A stretch of 32,000 bases of DNA. It comes from Candidatus Saccharimonadota bacterium (GTDB lineage: Archaea > Nanobdellota > Nanobdellia > Pacearchaeales > GW2011-AR1). The position numbers and the translations under genes are program-made. The notes under the pieces were generated by a model, which searched no databases, was not told the DNA's origin, and saw only the letters and a program-made list of their open reading frames with translations. Below, piece after piece: positions 18,078-26,047 of this stretch. The stretch's first letter is position 1, and every line of letters starts with the position of its first letter. The stretch is from assembly GCA_017609205.1 (NCBI GenBank), contig JAFCEL010000001.1:330001-362000 (forward strand), in the 5' to 3' direction.

Positions 18078-18737
18078 ATGATAATAAAAAGGTGTGATAA
18101 ACATGGAGAAACTCAAGCATGGATTATTGGAATTATTCTTGCGATTGTTATTGGGGGATTAATATTATTTTTTGCTTCTAATGCATTCAGTAAAGTTGAG
18201 GGAGTTATAAATAAAGCTGATTTGGATATAGGGTTGATTTCACAAAAGTGTGATATTCAAATTGATATTTCAAAAGGAGAGGCTTATTGTGCTGAAAAGA
18301 TTCCTATTGGAGAAAGTAACAATTACATCACCTGCCCATATGCTAAGAAAAAGTTTGGCGTTACAACGGAGAGAGATATGCCTGAATGTGATATTGATGA
18401 GGGAGCAAAGGCTGTTTGTAGGAAATTGCTTGCAGAAGATAGCACAATTAAACCTGAGAAAATTTATGTTAATGAAAAACCTTGTTATAAGGCAGGGGGA
18501 ACAATAGGAAAGGATCATTGGGGGATTAATAGAGGAAGCTTTTGTGATGGGAATGCGATTGCTTGTGATAAATTGAGTTTATCAAATGACCCTCAGAAAG
18601 CAAAAAATGAGTGCGAATCCCAAAAAGGATGCGAATATAAAGAGAGTAAATGTGTTGGGACAGTCACTGCTTGTATAACTTTTGATGAATCACCCGAATG
18701 CGAATCCCAAAAAGGATGCTCTTGGATTGAAGTATAA
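18078..18737 (+). CDS. Cys-rich prepilin-like protein (219 aa)
   Basis: MIIKRCDKHG|ETQAWIIGIILAIVIGGLILFF, then a soluble region with about 15 Cys (hand count). It includes a duplicated ECESQKGC-x-[YW] unit. TATA-like box at 18049-18056. Confidence 0.65.
   Translation: MIIKRCDKHGETQAWIIGIILAIVIGGLILFFASNAFSKVEGVINKADLDIGLISQKCDIQIDISKGEAYCAEKIPIGESNNYITCPYAKKKFGVTTERDMPECDIDEGAKAVCRKLLAEDSTIKPEKIYVNEKPCYKAGGTIGKDHWGINRGSFCDGNAIACDKLSLSNDPQKAKNECESQKGCEYKESKCVGTVTACITFDESPECESQKGCSWIEV
18612..18719 (+). repeat. Intragenic 87-nt-period direct repeat (tgcgaatcccaaaaaggatgc x2)
   Basis: A 21-nt perfect repeat at 18612-18632 and 18699-18719 encoding CESQKGC twice within the 18078-18737 ORF. Confidence 0.85.
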
Positions 18738-18767
18738 ATATTTAAATTCTAATAAGTTTAATTTTAT

Positions 18768-18884
18768 ATGGCTCGTGGGGATGCTGAGCGACGGAATAAA
18801 GCAAAGAACAAAAGAAAAGAAAAGAAAAAACACCCTTATAGAAAAGGTGGTAAATATCGCTCTACAGGTTTAAAGCAGAAGTAA
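18768..18884 (+). CDS. Very basic 38-aa ORF, not in ORF track
   Basis: MARGDAERRNKAKNKRKEKKKHPYRKGGKYRSTGLKQK. TATA-like atatttaaat at 18738-18747 lies about 21 nt upstream of the ATG. Coding status is uncertain. Confidence 0.3.
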   Translation: MARGDAERRNKAKNKRKEKKKHPYRKGGKYRSTGLKQK

Positions 18885-18914
18885 TTTTATAAAGTTATCT
18901 TGTTTTTTTTATGA

Positions 18915-19739
18915 ATGTATAATGTGATTTTTTTGAGTGTTTTGACTATCTGTTGGATGATTGTTGCGAGTATTCAGGATATTAGGAAAAGAGAAATTGC
19001 TAATTGGCTTAATTTTTCTCTTATTATCTTTGCTCTTGGTTTTAGGTTTTTTTATTCTTCTTTTACTCATAATTTTGGGTTTTTTTATCAAGGGTTAATT
19101 GGATTAGGGATTTTTTTTGTTATTGGAAATATTTTTTATTATGGAAAGGTCTTTGCTGGGGGTGATGGAAAATTAATGGTTGCTCTCGGAGCAGTTCTTC
19201 CTTTTTCTGATAATTTTTTAACAAATATATCTGTTTTTATTGCTTTTATTTTTATTTTTTTAACAATTGGGGGGTTGTATGGTCTAGTCTGGAGTTTTGT
19301 TTTGGGAATTAAGAATTTTAAAAAATTAGAAAAAGAGTTTATTATCCAATTCAAGAAAAATAGAAAAGTTATTTTTTTAGTTTTAATTCCTGTATTCTCA
19401 ATGTTTTTGATATCTAGTCTAGTCTGGAGTTTGTTTTTTTATTTTGCTATATTAATCCTTGTTTTTGCTATTTTGTTTTTGTATGCAAGAAGTATAGAGG
19501 AAGTTTGCATGGTTAAAAAGATCTCAGTAGATGATTTAACAGAAGGAGACTGGCTTTATCGAACTGTTAGGGTTGGAAGGAAAGTTGTGAAGTCTAAGTG
19601 GGAAGGTGTTAATAAAGAGGAAATTAAATTGATAAGAAAATACCATAATAGGGTTAAGGTAAAATATGGAATCCCTTTTGCTCCGGTTTTTTTGATTAGT
19701 TTTCTGTTTTTGGTCTCTTTTTGGTTTGTGGTATTTTAA
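18915..19739 (+). CDS. A24-family prepilin/preflagellin peptidase (FlaK/PibD/EppA-like)
   Basis: Polytopic. First catalytic Asp context ASIQDIRKREI in TM1 and second Asp in a GxGD-type motif (FAGGDGKLMV). Extra soluble segment VDDLTEGDWLYRTVRVGRKVV before the last helix. Confidence 0.85.
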   Translation: MYNVIFLSVLTICWMIVASIQDIRKREIANWLNFSLIIFALGFRFFYSSFTHNFGFFYQGLIGLGIFFVIGNIFYYGKVFAGGDGKLMVALGAVLPFSDNFLTNISVFIAFIFIFLTIGGLYGLVWSFVLGIKNFKKLEKEFIIQFKKNRKVIFLVLIPVFSMFLISSLVWSLFFYFAILILVFAILFLYARSIEEVCMVKKISVDDLTEGDWLYRTVRVGRKVVKSKWEGVNKEEIKLIRKYHNRVKVKYGIPFAPVFLISFLFLVSFWFVVF

Positions 19740-19740
19740 T

Positions 19741-20349
19741 TTAAGGGATCCTTGGATTAATCCAAATGTCTTTTGCACTAATTTGTTTTATTGATGATTT
19801 TCCTTTTTTTTCAGTTAATTTTTTTTGGAGTTTTTTTAATTCTTCTTGTTCTGCAGATTTTCTTGGAGAATTTATATCTTCTTCTTTGTAAATCGGAAGG
19901 ATGTTAATGATTTCATGGCCTAGAATATTCTGGGTTGATATTTCAACTTCTTTTGGTTTTAGCTTTTCTTGTATTTTTTCCTTAACTTTTTTAGCTAAGA
20001 CAAAAATTTCCTCTGAAAATTCTTTTCTTGAGGATAAATGCTTTTTAGGAACTATTAGGGTATGTCCTTTTGAAATAGGGTTTATCTCTAATATAGCAAC
20101 TGCTTCTTCATTCTCGTCTATTTTATAGGAGGGAGTGTCTCTAGAGATAATTGAACAAAAGATACATTTTTGTCGAGAGGTATCTCGATTTTTTATTAAG
20201 CCGTTTTGTATTACAAATTCCTCAAGTTTTTCATTATTCATTTCTTTGAGTTTAGTTATTGCCTCTTCTTTTTTTTCTTCAGGAAATGTAGAATTAATTT
20301 GTTGAATTAATTTTTTTTTGATTTCTTTAATTTGTTCCTGTGTTAACAT
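19741..20349 (-). CDS. HIT-superfamily-like protein with a degenerate histidine triad
   Basis: CIFCSIISRD..., ILEINPISKGHTLIVPKKH match the HIT fold. Where H-x-H-x-H-x-x is expected the sequence reads GHEIINILP. About 60-aa K/E-rich N-terminal extension and a K-rich C-terminal tail. Confidence 0.65.
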   Translation of the reverse strand: MLTQEQIKEIKKKLIQQINSTFPEEKKEEAITKLKEMNNEKLEEFVIQNGLIKNRDTSRQKCIFCSIISRDTPSYKIDENEEAVAILEINPISKGHTLIVPKKHLSSRKEFSEEIFVLAKKVKEKIQEKLKPKEVEISTQNILGHEIINILPIYKEEDINSPRKSAEQEELKKLQKKLTEKKGKSSIKQISAKDIWINPRIP

Positions 20350-20408
20350 TAAATAAAGATGCTCTTTTCTATAAAAACTTTTATATATCTTTTAGTCTTG
20401 TTTTTTTA

Positions 20409-20666
20409 ATGAAAAAGATTATTGGATTGGTTCTTATTGTTGTGGGGTTTATTTTATTATTAGCTAATTTCAGTTTTATTGGGGAAAATCTTTCTAAGTT
20501 TATTCCTTTTATTAAAATTTTTCCAAAGAATTATATTCTCGGAGCAGGAGTTGTTCTTGTTTTGCTTGGATTGTTTTTTATGAAAAAGAATAATATCCCT
20601 GGTAAGAATTCTTTGGTCCCAATTTTCGAGGGTAAGAAAATTATTGGATATCAGAAAAGAAAATAA
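20409..20666 (+). CDS. Small two-helix membrane protein
   Basis: ATG 20409 gives MKKIIGLVLIVVGFILLLANF... The track's earlier (non-ATG) start at 20340 would overlap the divergent HIT gene's start. TATA-like ttttatatat about 21 nt upstream of 20409. Confidence 0.5.
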   Translation: MKKIIGLVLIVVGFILLLANFSFIGENLSKFIPFIKIFPKNYILGAGVVLVLLGLFFMKKNNIPGKNSLVPIFEGKKIIGYQKRK

Positions 20667-21416
20667 TTAGTTTTTTCTTATTGCTTTTAATTTTCTCTGA
20701 AGCCTGCGGATCATTTTTCTATATTGATGTAAGGATATAACATTTTTATCTAGGTCTTCCTTTGTTTGTATGATTTGCCTTCTAATATCTGTTTCAAATT
20801 TTTCTTTGTTTTGATGGCCTAATTGTTTCATTTCTTGGTTAATTATGGCTCTTCTAATTGTTCCGTCGAATAAAAGAAAGAAGAAAGCAAGAATCCCTGT
20901 GATAAGATATATCCATGCAAGGTTTCCTAATTCTGGGTATCTCATCTTCCATAATCCTAGGAATATAATCACAAAAAATATCCACGAGATTTTTCTTATT
21001 ATTGATGATTCAAATGATTGTGTAAAAATGAAGAATATTATCAGCGGGACTATTGCAGAAAGGGCTACCCCAAGGATGCTGTATGGAAGTAAAATGTTTT
21101 CTATTATTTGCCTATCTGATAGGAATCTTGTTGCAAGTAATGAAACTGCAAAAGCAATTATCATAAGGATCTTTGGGTCGCTTCCGAATAATTCTGTCTT
21201 GGATAGAGTCACTTTTATTAATGAGACAATTATTATAAATAACAAGATTTTTTCAAAGAGAATACCACTTTCACCTCCCAGGAAAGGAGCAATTAAAATT
21301 CTTGAAGCATCCTGGACTCCTTGGACTGCTTGTTCGAGCGTGTTTCCTAGATTATATGCAGAAATAAAATTTATGAATGTAAGTGTAATGACAAATATTA
21401 AAAATATCTTCTTCAT
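20667..21416 (-). CDS. Signal-peptide-bearing polytopic membrane protein, paralogue family member 1
   Basis: N-terminal signal-like MKKIFLIFVITLTFINFISA, blocks ILLPYSILGVALSAIVPLIIFFI, IRKISWIFFVIIFLGLW and FDGTIRR, and a basic coiled C-tail. All are shared with 21454-22251. Confidence 0.75.
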   Translation of the reverse strand: MKKIFLIFVITLTFINFISAYNLGNTLEQAVQGVQDASRILIAPFLGGESGILFEKILLFIIIVSLIKVTLSKTELFGSDPKILMIIAFAVSLLATRFLSDRQIIENILLPYSILGVALSAIVPLIIFFIFTQSFESSIIRKISWIFFVIIFLGLWKMRYPELGNLAWIYLITGILAFFFLLFDGTIRRAIINQEMKQLGHQNKEKFETDIRRQIIQTKEDLDKNVISLHQYRKMIRRLQRKLKAIRKN

Positions 21417-21453
21417 GGTTATCTGAAATTAAAGAAGTTTTTAAAATTTAGGT

Positions 21454-22251
21454 TTATTTGCTGAATCTTGCTATTCTCTTTTTGTATTCTTTTTCTCTTT
21501 TCTTAGCTTCTTTTTGAGATATAACGTCCTCTTGAATTAACTCTGGGAGCTTTGCTAGTTTTTGTTTATAGAAATCAATAGCATTCCTTTTTGTTTGGAC
21601 CCCTACTTTTTCTAGTTCCATTTTCAAGAAGAATTTTTGGATTGTTCCGTCGAACCATGCTATTAAAAATGCCAGTAGTGCTGTTATAGGGTAGATAAAT
21701 CCTGCTTTTGAATTTTGTGCAAGCAATTCAGGTCTTCTTGAAATCCATAGACCAATAAATACAACCGAGAAAAATATCCATGCAATTCTTCTAATTGTTT
21801 TATTTTTTGGTCCTGAAAATCCTTTGTTAATTATAATAAACCAAAGAATAAAGGGAATTCCTGCTGAGAGTACAATTCCCATTACAGAATATGGAAGGAT
21901 GATTGTTTGGATAATCGCTTTTGAACCGAGCCATCTTATTGCGAGGAGGGATGTAGAAATTGCAATTAACCAGTGAACGCCTTCATGTTCACTGATAAAA
22001 TCAATCTGCTCTAGGGATTTCCATATTATGGAGATAATGATTATAAAAAATAAGATCTTTGCAAATAAAAGTTCTCCTGAAATATTGTCTTTTCCTCCAA
22101 ATAAAAATCCTGCAAGAGGTTTTAAGACTCTATTAAAGATTTCTGAAGAGTATTCTGTTGCATCTGTAATTAAATCTGCTGAAATAAAATTCATTAGAAA
22201 GAGGAATAAAGTAAATGTTGTTAAACTTAATCCAGTTACTTTTTTATTCAT
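21454..22251 (-). CDS. Signal-peptide-bearing polytopic membrane protein, paralogue family member 2
   Basis: Blocks IILPYSVMGIVLSAGIPFILWFI, IRRIAWIFFSVVFIGLW, FDGTIQK and a basic C-tail (KEAKKREKEYKKRIARFSK). Clearly homologous to 20667-21416. Confidence 0.75.
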   Translation of the reverse strand: MNKKVTGLSLTTFTLFLFLMNFISADLITDATEYSSEIFNRVLKPLAGFLFGGKDNISGELLFAKILFFIIIISIIWKSLEQIDFISEHEGVHWLIAISTSLLAIRWLGSKAIIQTIILPYSVMGIVLSAGIPFILWFIIINKGFSGPKNKTIRRIAWIFFSVVFIGLWISRRPELLAQNSKAGFIYPITALLAFLIAWFDGTIQKFFLKMELEKVGVQTKRNAIDFYKQKLAKLPELIQEDVISQKEAKKREKEYKKRIARFSK

Positions 22252-22345
22252 TTTTTATAATGGATAAATTCTTTTTAAATATTCTGTTTTGTAAATTGCA
22301 TTTTATTTTAGAAATATTTAAAAATAAAAAAAGCATGACTAACCT

Positions 22346-23062
22346 ATGAAAAAGAGTGTAATAGGCTTATTTATTATTGGTTTGTTATTTGTTGGTCTAA
22401 TAATTGGTTCTATTGGTATTACGAGTGCTAGTCAATTTTCTGAGCCAGTCGGTGTGGTTAAATCTCTTTGGGATGCTCTTTTTGGAGGGTTGTTTGAGAG
22501 TGGAAGCTTTAATTTACATGGCAGTAAGATTGAGATATCAAGAATTCTTTTGATGTTTTTGGTTGTTCTTATGATTTATTCTGTCTCAGATTTTCTGCCT
22601 TTTTTCCCTCAAGATAAGGATTATCTTAGATGGCTTTTTGCAGGTGTGATTGCTGTTCTTTCATTCTTATTTGTTGATGGAGAAGATATCAGATTAATAC
22701 TTACTAACTACGAAGTATTAGGAGTTATGTTGACCTCTATTATTCCTCTGGCAATTATTTTAGCATTTACCTTTAAAATGCATGAACGCAATAAGAAATA
22801 TGCTAATATAATTAATACTCCTCTCCTTATTGGTTTTGCTATTTATACTCTTTTCAAATGGGCAACTTTTGAAGGTAGTGTTTTAAGAAATGTTTATCTT
22901 ATTACGCTAGTGATTGTTGGGCTTTTGTTTTTATTTCAGAAAAAAATTTTCAAATGGGTTGAAAAAGAAAAAATAGAGGGAGAGATAGATGAATTTGAAG
23001 GTCAGGTTAAAAGACAGGATGCTAAGAGAAAAATAGAATCAGAGTCACTCAAACATTCATAA
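22346..23062 (+). CDS. Signal-peptide-bearing polytopic membrane protein, paralogue family member 3
   Basis: MKKSVIGLFIIGLLFVGLIIGSIGITSA signal. Block ILTNYEVLGVMLTSIIPLAIILAF aligns with the I-L-P-Y-S block of members 1 and 2. Charged C-tail. Confidence 0.7.
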   Translation: MKKSVIGLFIIGLLFVGLIIGSIGITSASQFSEPVGVVKSLWDALFGGLFESGSFNLHGSKIEISRILLMFLVVLMIYSVSDFLPFFPQDKDYLRWLFAGVIAVLSFLFVDGEDIRLILTNYEVLGVMLTSIIPLAIILAFTFKMHERNKKYANIINTPLLIGFAIYTLFKWATFEGSVLRNVYLITLVIVGLLFLFQKKIFKWVEKEKIEGEIDEFEGQVKRQDAKRKIESESLKHS

Positions 23063-23106
23063 TCATTAATCCTAAATCTTAAAAACTCTTTTTGTTTTAG
23101 TTTTTT

Positions 23107-23796
23107 ATGTTTCGAAAAGCTGGTGTGTTTTTTTTATTATTGCTTTTATTTTGCAATTTTGTTTTAGCCTTGGATTCAGATTCTTTGCAAAAGAAAATAA
23201 GAGATGTTGAGGATAAATATGAACAAGCAAAGGAATTTACAGAAGAAGATAAATGGGATTATCTTGGGGAGAGTTGGAAGGAGGTTTTGTTAAAGAATAG
23301 GTTTTTTTCTGCAATAGATTCTTTCTTTAGAGAATTAAATCCTGTTTTTGTTTTTTTATTTGGGGAGGATTATAATTTTTCCTTAACTCTCTTTTTTGTT
23401 ATTCTCTTTTGGGTTTTTTTATTAAGTGTAATTTTCTTTTTGATAAGGGACTATTTTGGTGTCTTTGATAAAGCATGGATTGCGTTTTTAGTTTCTGTAA
23501 TTGTTTCATCTTTAATTGCTCATTCCGGGGTGTATAGGAAGATTGCTGAGAATACATTTAAGTTTTTATTCTTTAAGGGAGGTTTTTTTGATTATGTTTT
23601 TGTTATTTTGTTTTTATTAGTTCTTTTTTTAATTTGGGATTTAATTAGAGGCTTTGGTAAAAGGATTAAGGCAGAAAGAGAACAAATTGATAAGGAACAA
23701 GCAAAGCAAGATAGATATATTCTTCATAGAATTGTTAAGATTCTTTCAAGATCGCTTACGAGTGAAGATAAAAAGATTAAATATGTTTTTTATTGA
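23107..23796 (+). CDS. Signal-peptide-bearing membrane protein with similar architecture (divergent, possible family member 4)
   Basis: MFRKAGVFFLLLLLFCNFVLA signal, acidic ectodomain, hydrophobic helices and a basic C-tail (KRIKAEREQIDKEQAKQDRY). Similar in architecture; sequence similarity to members 1-3 is weak. Confidence 0.6.
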   Translation: MFRKAGVFFLLLLLFCNFVLALDSDSLQKKIRDVEDKYEQAKEFTEEDKWDYLGESWKEVLLKNRFFSAIDSFFRELNPVFVFLFGEDYNFSLTLFFVILFWVFLLSVIFFLIRDYFGVFDKAWIAFLVSVIVSSLIAHSGVYRKIAENTFKFLFFKGGFFDYVFVILFLLVLFLIWDLIRGFGKRIKAEREQIDKEQAKQDRYILHRIVKILSRSLTSEDKKIKYVFY

Positions 23797-23805
23797 TTAG
23801 CTTCT

Positions 23806-24081
23806 TTATCCAAAAGCCCTTCGCATATCAATAACTTCAACAGAACTAACGTCTTCAATCTCTTTTAGTGAATTTTCAATAGGTTCAAGCTCTCCCTCAT
23901 TTTCGTCTTGCTCAAATCCTATGATTAAAGCTTTTAGTCCAAAAGCAATCGGTTGTTCTTCAAACATAGGGTGTTTTCCTTTGTTGTTTTCAATTATCTT
24001 TTTTGCCTTTTCTTTTATCTTTTCTAAATTTGTTTCAGGTGATGAAGGCATTAATTTCATTTTTATTAGTGTAATTCCCAT
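23806..24081 (-). CDS. Archaeal translation elongation factor 1-beta (aEF-1beta)
   Basis: 91 aa. MGITLIKMKLMPSSPETNLEKIK..., PIAFGLKALII and VSSVEVIDMRRAF match the conserved aEF-1beta pattern. Confidence 0.85.
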   Translation of the reverse strand: MGITLIKMKLMPSSPETNLEKIKEKAKKIIENNKGKHPMFEEQPIAFGLKALIIGFEQDENEGELEPIENSLKEIEDVSSVEVIDMRRAFG

Positions 24082-24199
24082 TTGTTTTTTAATGAATTGT
24101 CTTTTTAAAATTTGTCTTTGTTTGTTTTAATTGCTATAATAATTTATTTTAATTCTTTTGGACAACAATACTTATAAATCATCTAGGATTTTTTTCTTT

Positions 24200-25141
24200 A
24201 TGGAGGGGAATTATGAGAGGATTGTAAGAAAAATTGCGTCTTCTTCAGGATTAGGTGAGGATGAAATTGAGAGAAGGGTTGAGGCAAAAAGAGCAAAACT
24301 TGCTGGATTAATTAGTAGGGAAGGCGCTGCACAAGTTATTGCTGCTGAATTAGGAATTAATTTTGATAATGAAAGATTAAAGATAAATGAACTTCTTCCT
24401 GGAATGAGAAGAGTTAATGTCGTTGGGAAGATAATTAATCTTTCTCCTGTAAGAACTTTTACTACTAAAAATGGGGAGGAAAGCAAGGTTTGTAACTTTC
24501 TTCTTGCTGATGATACTTCTAATGTGAGGGTTGTTTTATGGGATACTAATCATATTGAGTTAATAGAAAAAGGAGAGATTTCTGAGGGCAGTATGGTTGA
24601 GTTGTCTAATGGGACTATGAGAGATACAGAAATTCACTTAGGAAGTTTTTCTGAATTAAAGAAAAGCGAGGAGTCAATCGAGGATGTTAAAACAGAAAGA
24701 GTGGTTGCAGAAAAACAAATTTTTGAATTTAAAAACGGACAGAGTGTTTCTGTTAGAGCATTTATTGTTCAATCATTTGAACCTAGATTTTTTTATGTTT
24801 GCCCTGAATGCAGAAAAAAAGTTGTTTCTGGTTCAGAAGGCTTTGTTTGTGCAGAACATGGAAAAATAAATGCTGAGAAAAGAGCATTGATTAATTTTGT
24901 GATTGATGATGGAACCGAGACGATTCGTTCTGTTGTTTTTAGTGATGCTCTTTCTTCCTTGGGGATTACAGAATTAGAAAACCCTGAATTGCTTATTCAA
25001 CAGAGAGAAGATCTTTTGGGGAAGGAAATGGTATTTGTCGGGAATGTTAGAAATAATAAATTTTTTAACAATAGCGAATTGATTGTTGATGATATTAAGG
25101 AAGTTAATCTGGATGAATTAATTAATAGATTGGAGGATTAA
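24200..25141 (+). CDS. RPA-type single-stranded DNA-binding protein (replication factor A)
   Basis: OB-fold block VNVVGKIINLSPVRTFTTKNGEESKVCNFLLADDTSNVRVVLWD, a second OB with an embedded zinc ribbon (CPECRKKV...CAEHGK). ATG 24200 is preferred over TTG 24158 because ttataaat at 24172-24179 lies about 21 nt upstream of it. Confidence 0.8.
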   Translation: MEGNYERIVRKIASSSGLGEDEIERRVEAKRAKLAGLISREGAAQVIAAELGINFDNERLKINELLPGMRRVNVVGKIINLSPVRTFTTKNGEESKVCNFLLADDTSNVRVVLWDTNHIELIEKGEISEGSMVELSNGTMRDTEIHLGSFSELKKSEESIEDVKTERVVAEKQIFEFKNGQSVSVRAFIVQSFEPRFFYVCPECRKKVVSGSEGFVCAEHGKINAEKRALINFVIDDGTETIRSVVFSDALSSLGITELENPELLIQQREDLLGKEMVFVGNVRNNKFFNNSELIVDDIKEVNLDELINRLED

Positions 25142-25537
25142 ATGGTTTCTAAATTATTGAAGTTTGCTTCTTTTTTTATTTTTCCGTTTGTAATTTTATT
25201 CCTTGCTTTCTTTTTCTTCTTTTTTGGAATTTATTCTCTTTTTCCCTGGCTGGATAATCTCTTACATTTTATGGGGGGAATCTCTATTGCTTATACTTCT
25301 ATTTTGTTTCTTAGGGAATTTGAAGAAGAAATCGAGATCAGGAATAAGGTTATTTTTATAATTATTATTGCCTCAATTGTTAGTTTGGCTTCTGTACTTT
25401 GGGAGTTGTGGGAATTTACTTTTGGAAAAGTTTTTTCTGAGTCTTTTTTTGTACAGGAGGGTTTAGAAGACACTATTCTTGATTTATTTTTTGGGGTACT
25501 TGGTGGTGTTTGTGGAGGGGTTTTCAGTAAGATTTAA
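25142..25537 (+). CDS. Small integral membrane protein
   Basis: 131 aa with four hydrophobic segments. The ATG abuts the RPA stop. No family recognised. Confidence 0.5.
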   Translation: MVSKLLKFASFFIFPFVILFLAFFFFFFGIYSLFPWLDNLLHFMGGISIAYTSILFLREFEEEIEIRNKVIFIIIIASIVSLASVLWELWEFTFGKVFSESFFVQEGLEDTILDLFFGVLGGVCGGVFSKI

Positions 25538-25560
25538 ATTAAGGTTTGATTTTACAATCC

Positions 25561-26016
25561 ATGTTAATACGAACTCATCTTGCAATAACTTTATTTTTTG
25601 CGTTAATCTTTATTGATTTAATTAATCATAAAACAATTTTTCTTTTAGTTGCTTTGGTTGCAACTTTTATTCCAGATGTTGATTCGCGATTTTCTACACT
25701 TGGGAGAAGAAAGACAGCGAGGATTTTGCAATTTTTTACAAAGCATAGGGGATTTATTCATAGCTTTACTTTTCTTTTCTTAATTGTTCTATTCTTTATT
25801 TCATTCTTTCCTATTCTTGCTTTTCCTTTTTTTCTTGGCTATGGCTTGCACCTTTTTCTAGATGCCTTTACTCCTGAAGGAATTAAACCTTTTTATCCTT
25901 GGAAGAAAAAATCAACTGGTTGGATAAGGACGGGTAGTAGAAGTGAGATTCTTCTTTTTGTAGTCTTTATTGTGGGGGATTTGTTCTTGGCTTTTTTGAA
26001 GATTTTTCTTTCGTAA
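25561..26016 (+). CDS. YdjM/DUF457-like membrane-bound metal-dependent hydrolase
   Basis: THLAIT..., IPDVDS, HRGFIHSF and GYGLHLFLDAFTPEGIKPFYPW motifs. ATG 25561 is preferred over TTG 25546. Confidence 0.65.
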   Translation: MLIRTHLAITLFFALIFIDLINHKTIFLLVALVATFIPDVDSRFSTLGRRKTARILQFFTKHRGFIHSFTFLFLIVLFFISFFPILAFPFFLGYGLHLFLDAFTPEGIKPFYPWKKKSTGWIRTGSRSEILLFVVFIVGDLFLAFLKIFLS

Positions 26017-26047
26017 ATTATATAAATGAAGTGGTGCTGGTTTTATA

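Noticed and set aside
8737-19739. Archaellum (archaeal flagellum) operon
   Set aside because: There are no archaellin-like FlaB genes and no KaiC-like FlaH. There are also no FlaF/G or FlaC/D/E. The subunit set and the SLT fusion fit a non-motility type IV pilus-like system better.
20845-21426. 193-aa + strand ORF overlapping 20667-21416
   Set aside because: The minus-strand ORF has a signal peptide, transmembrane helices and clear paralogy to 21454-22251. The + strand product has no such features and is best explained as an antisense shadow in AT-rich DNA.
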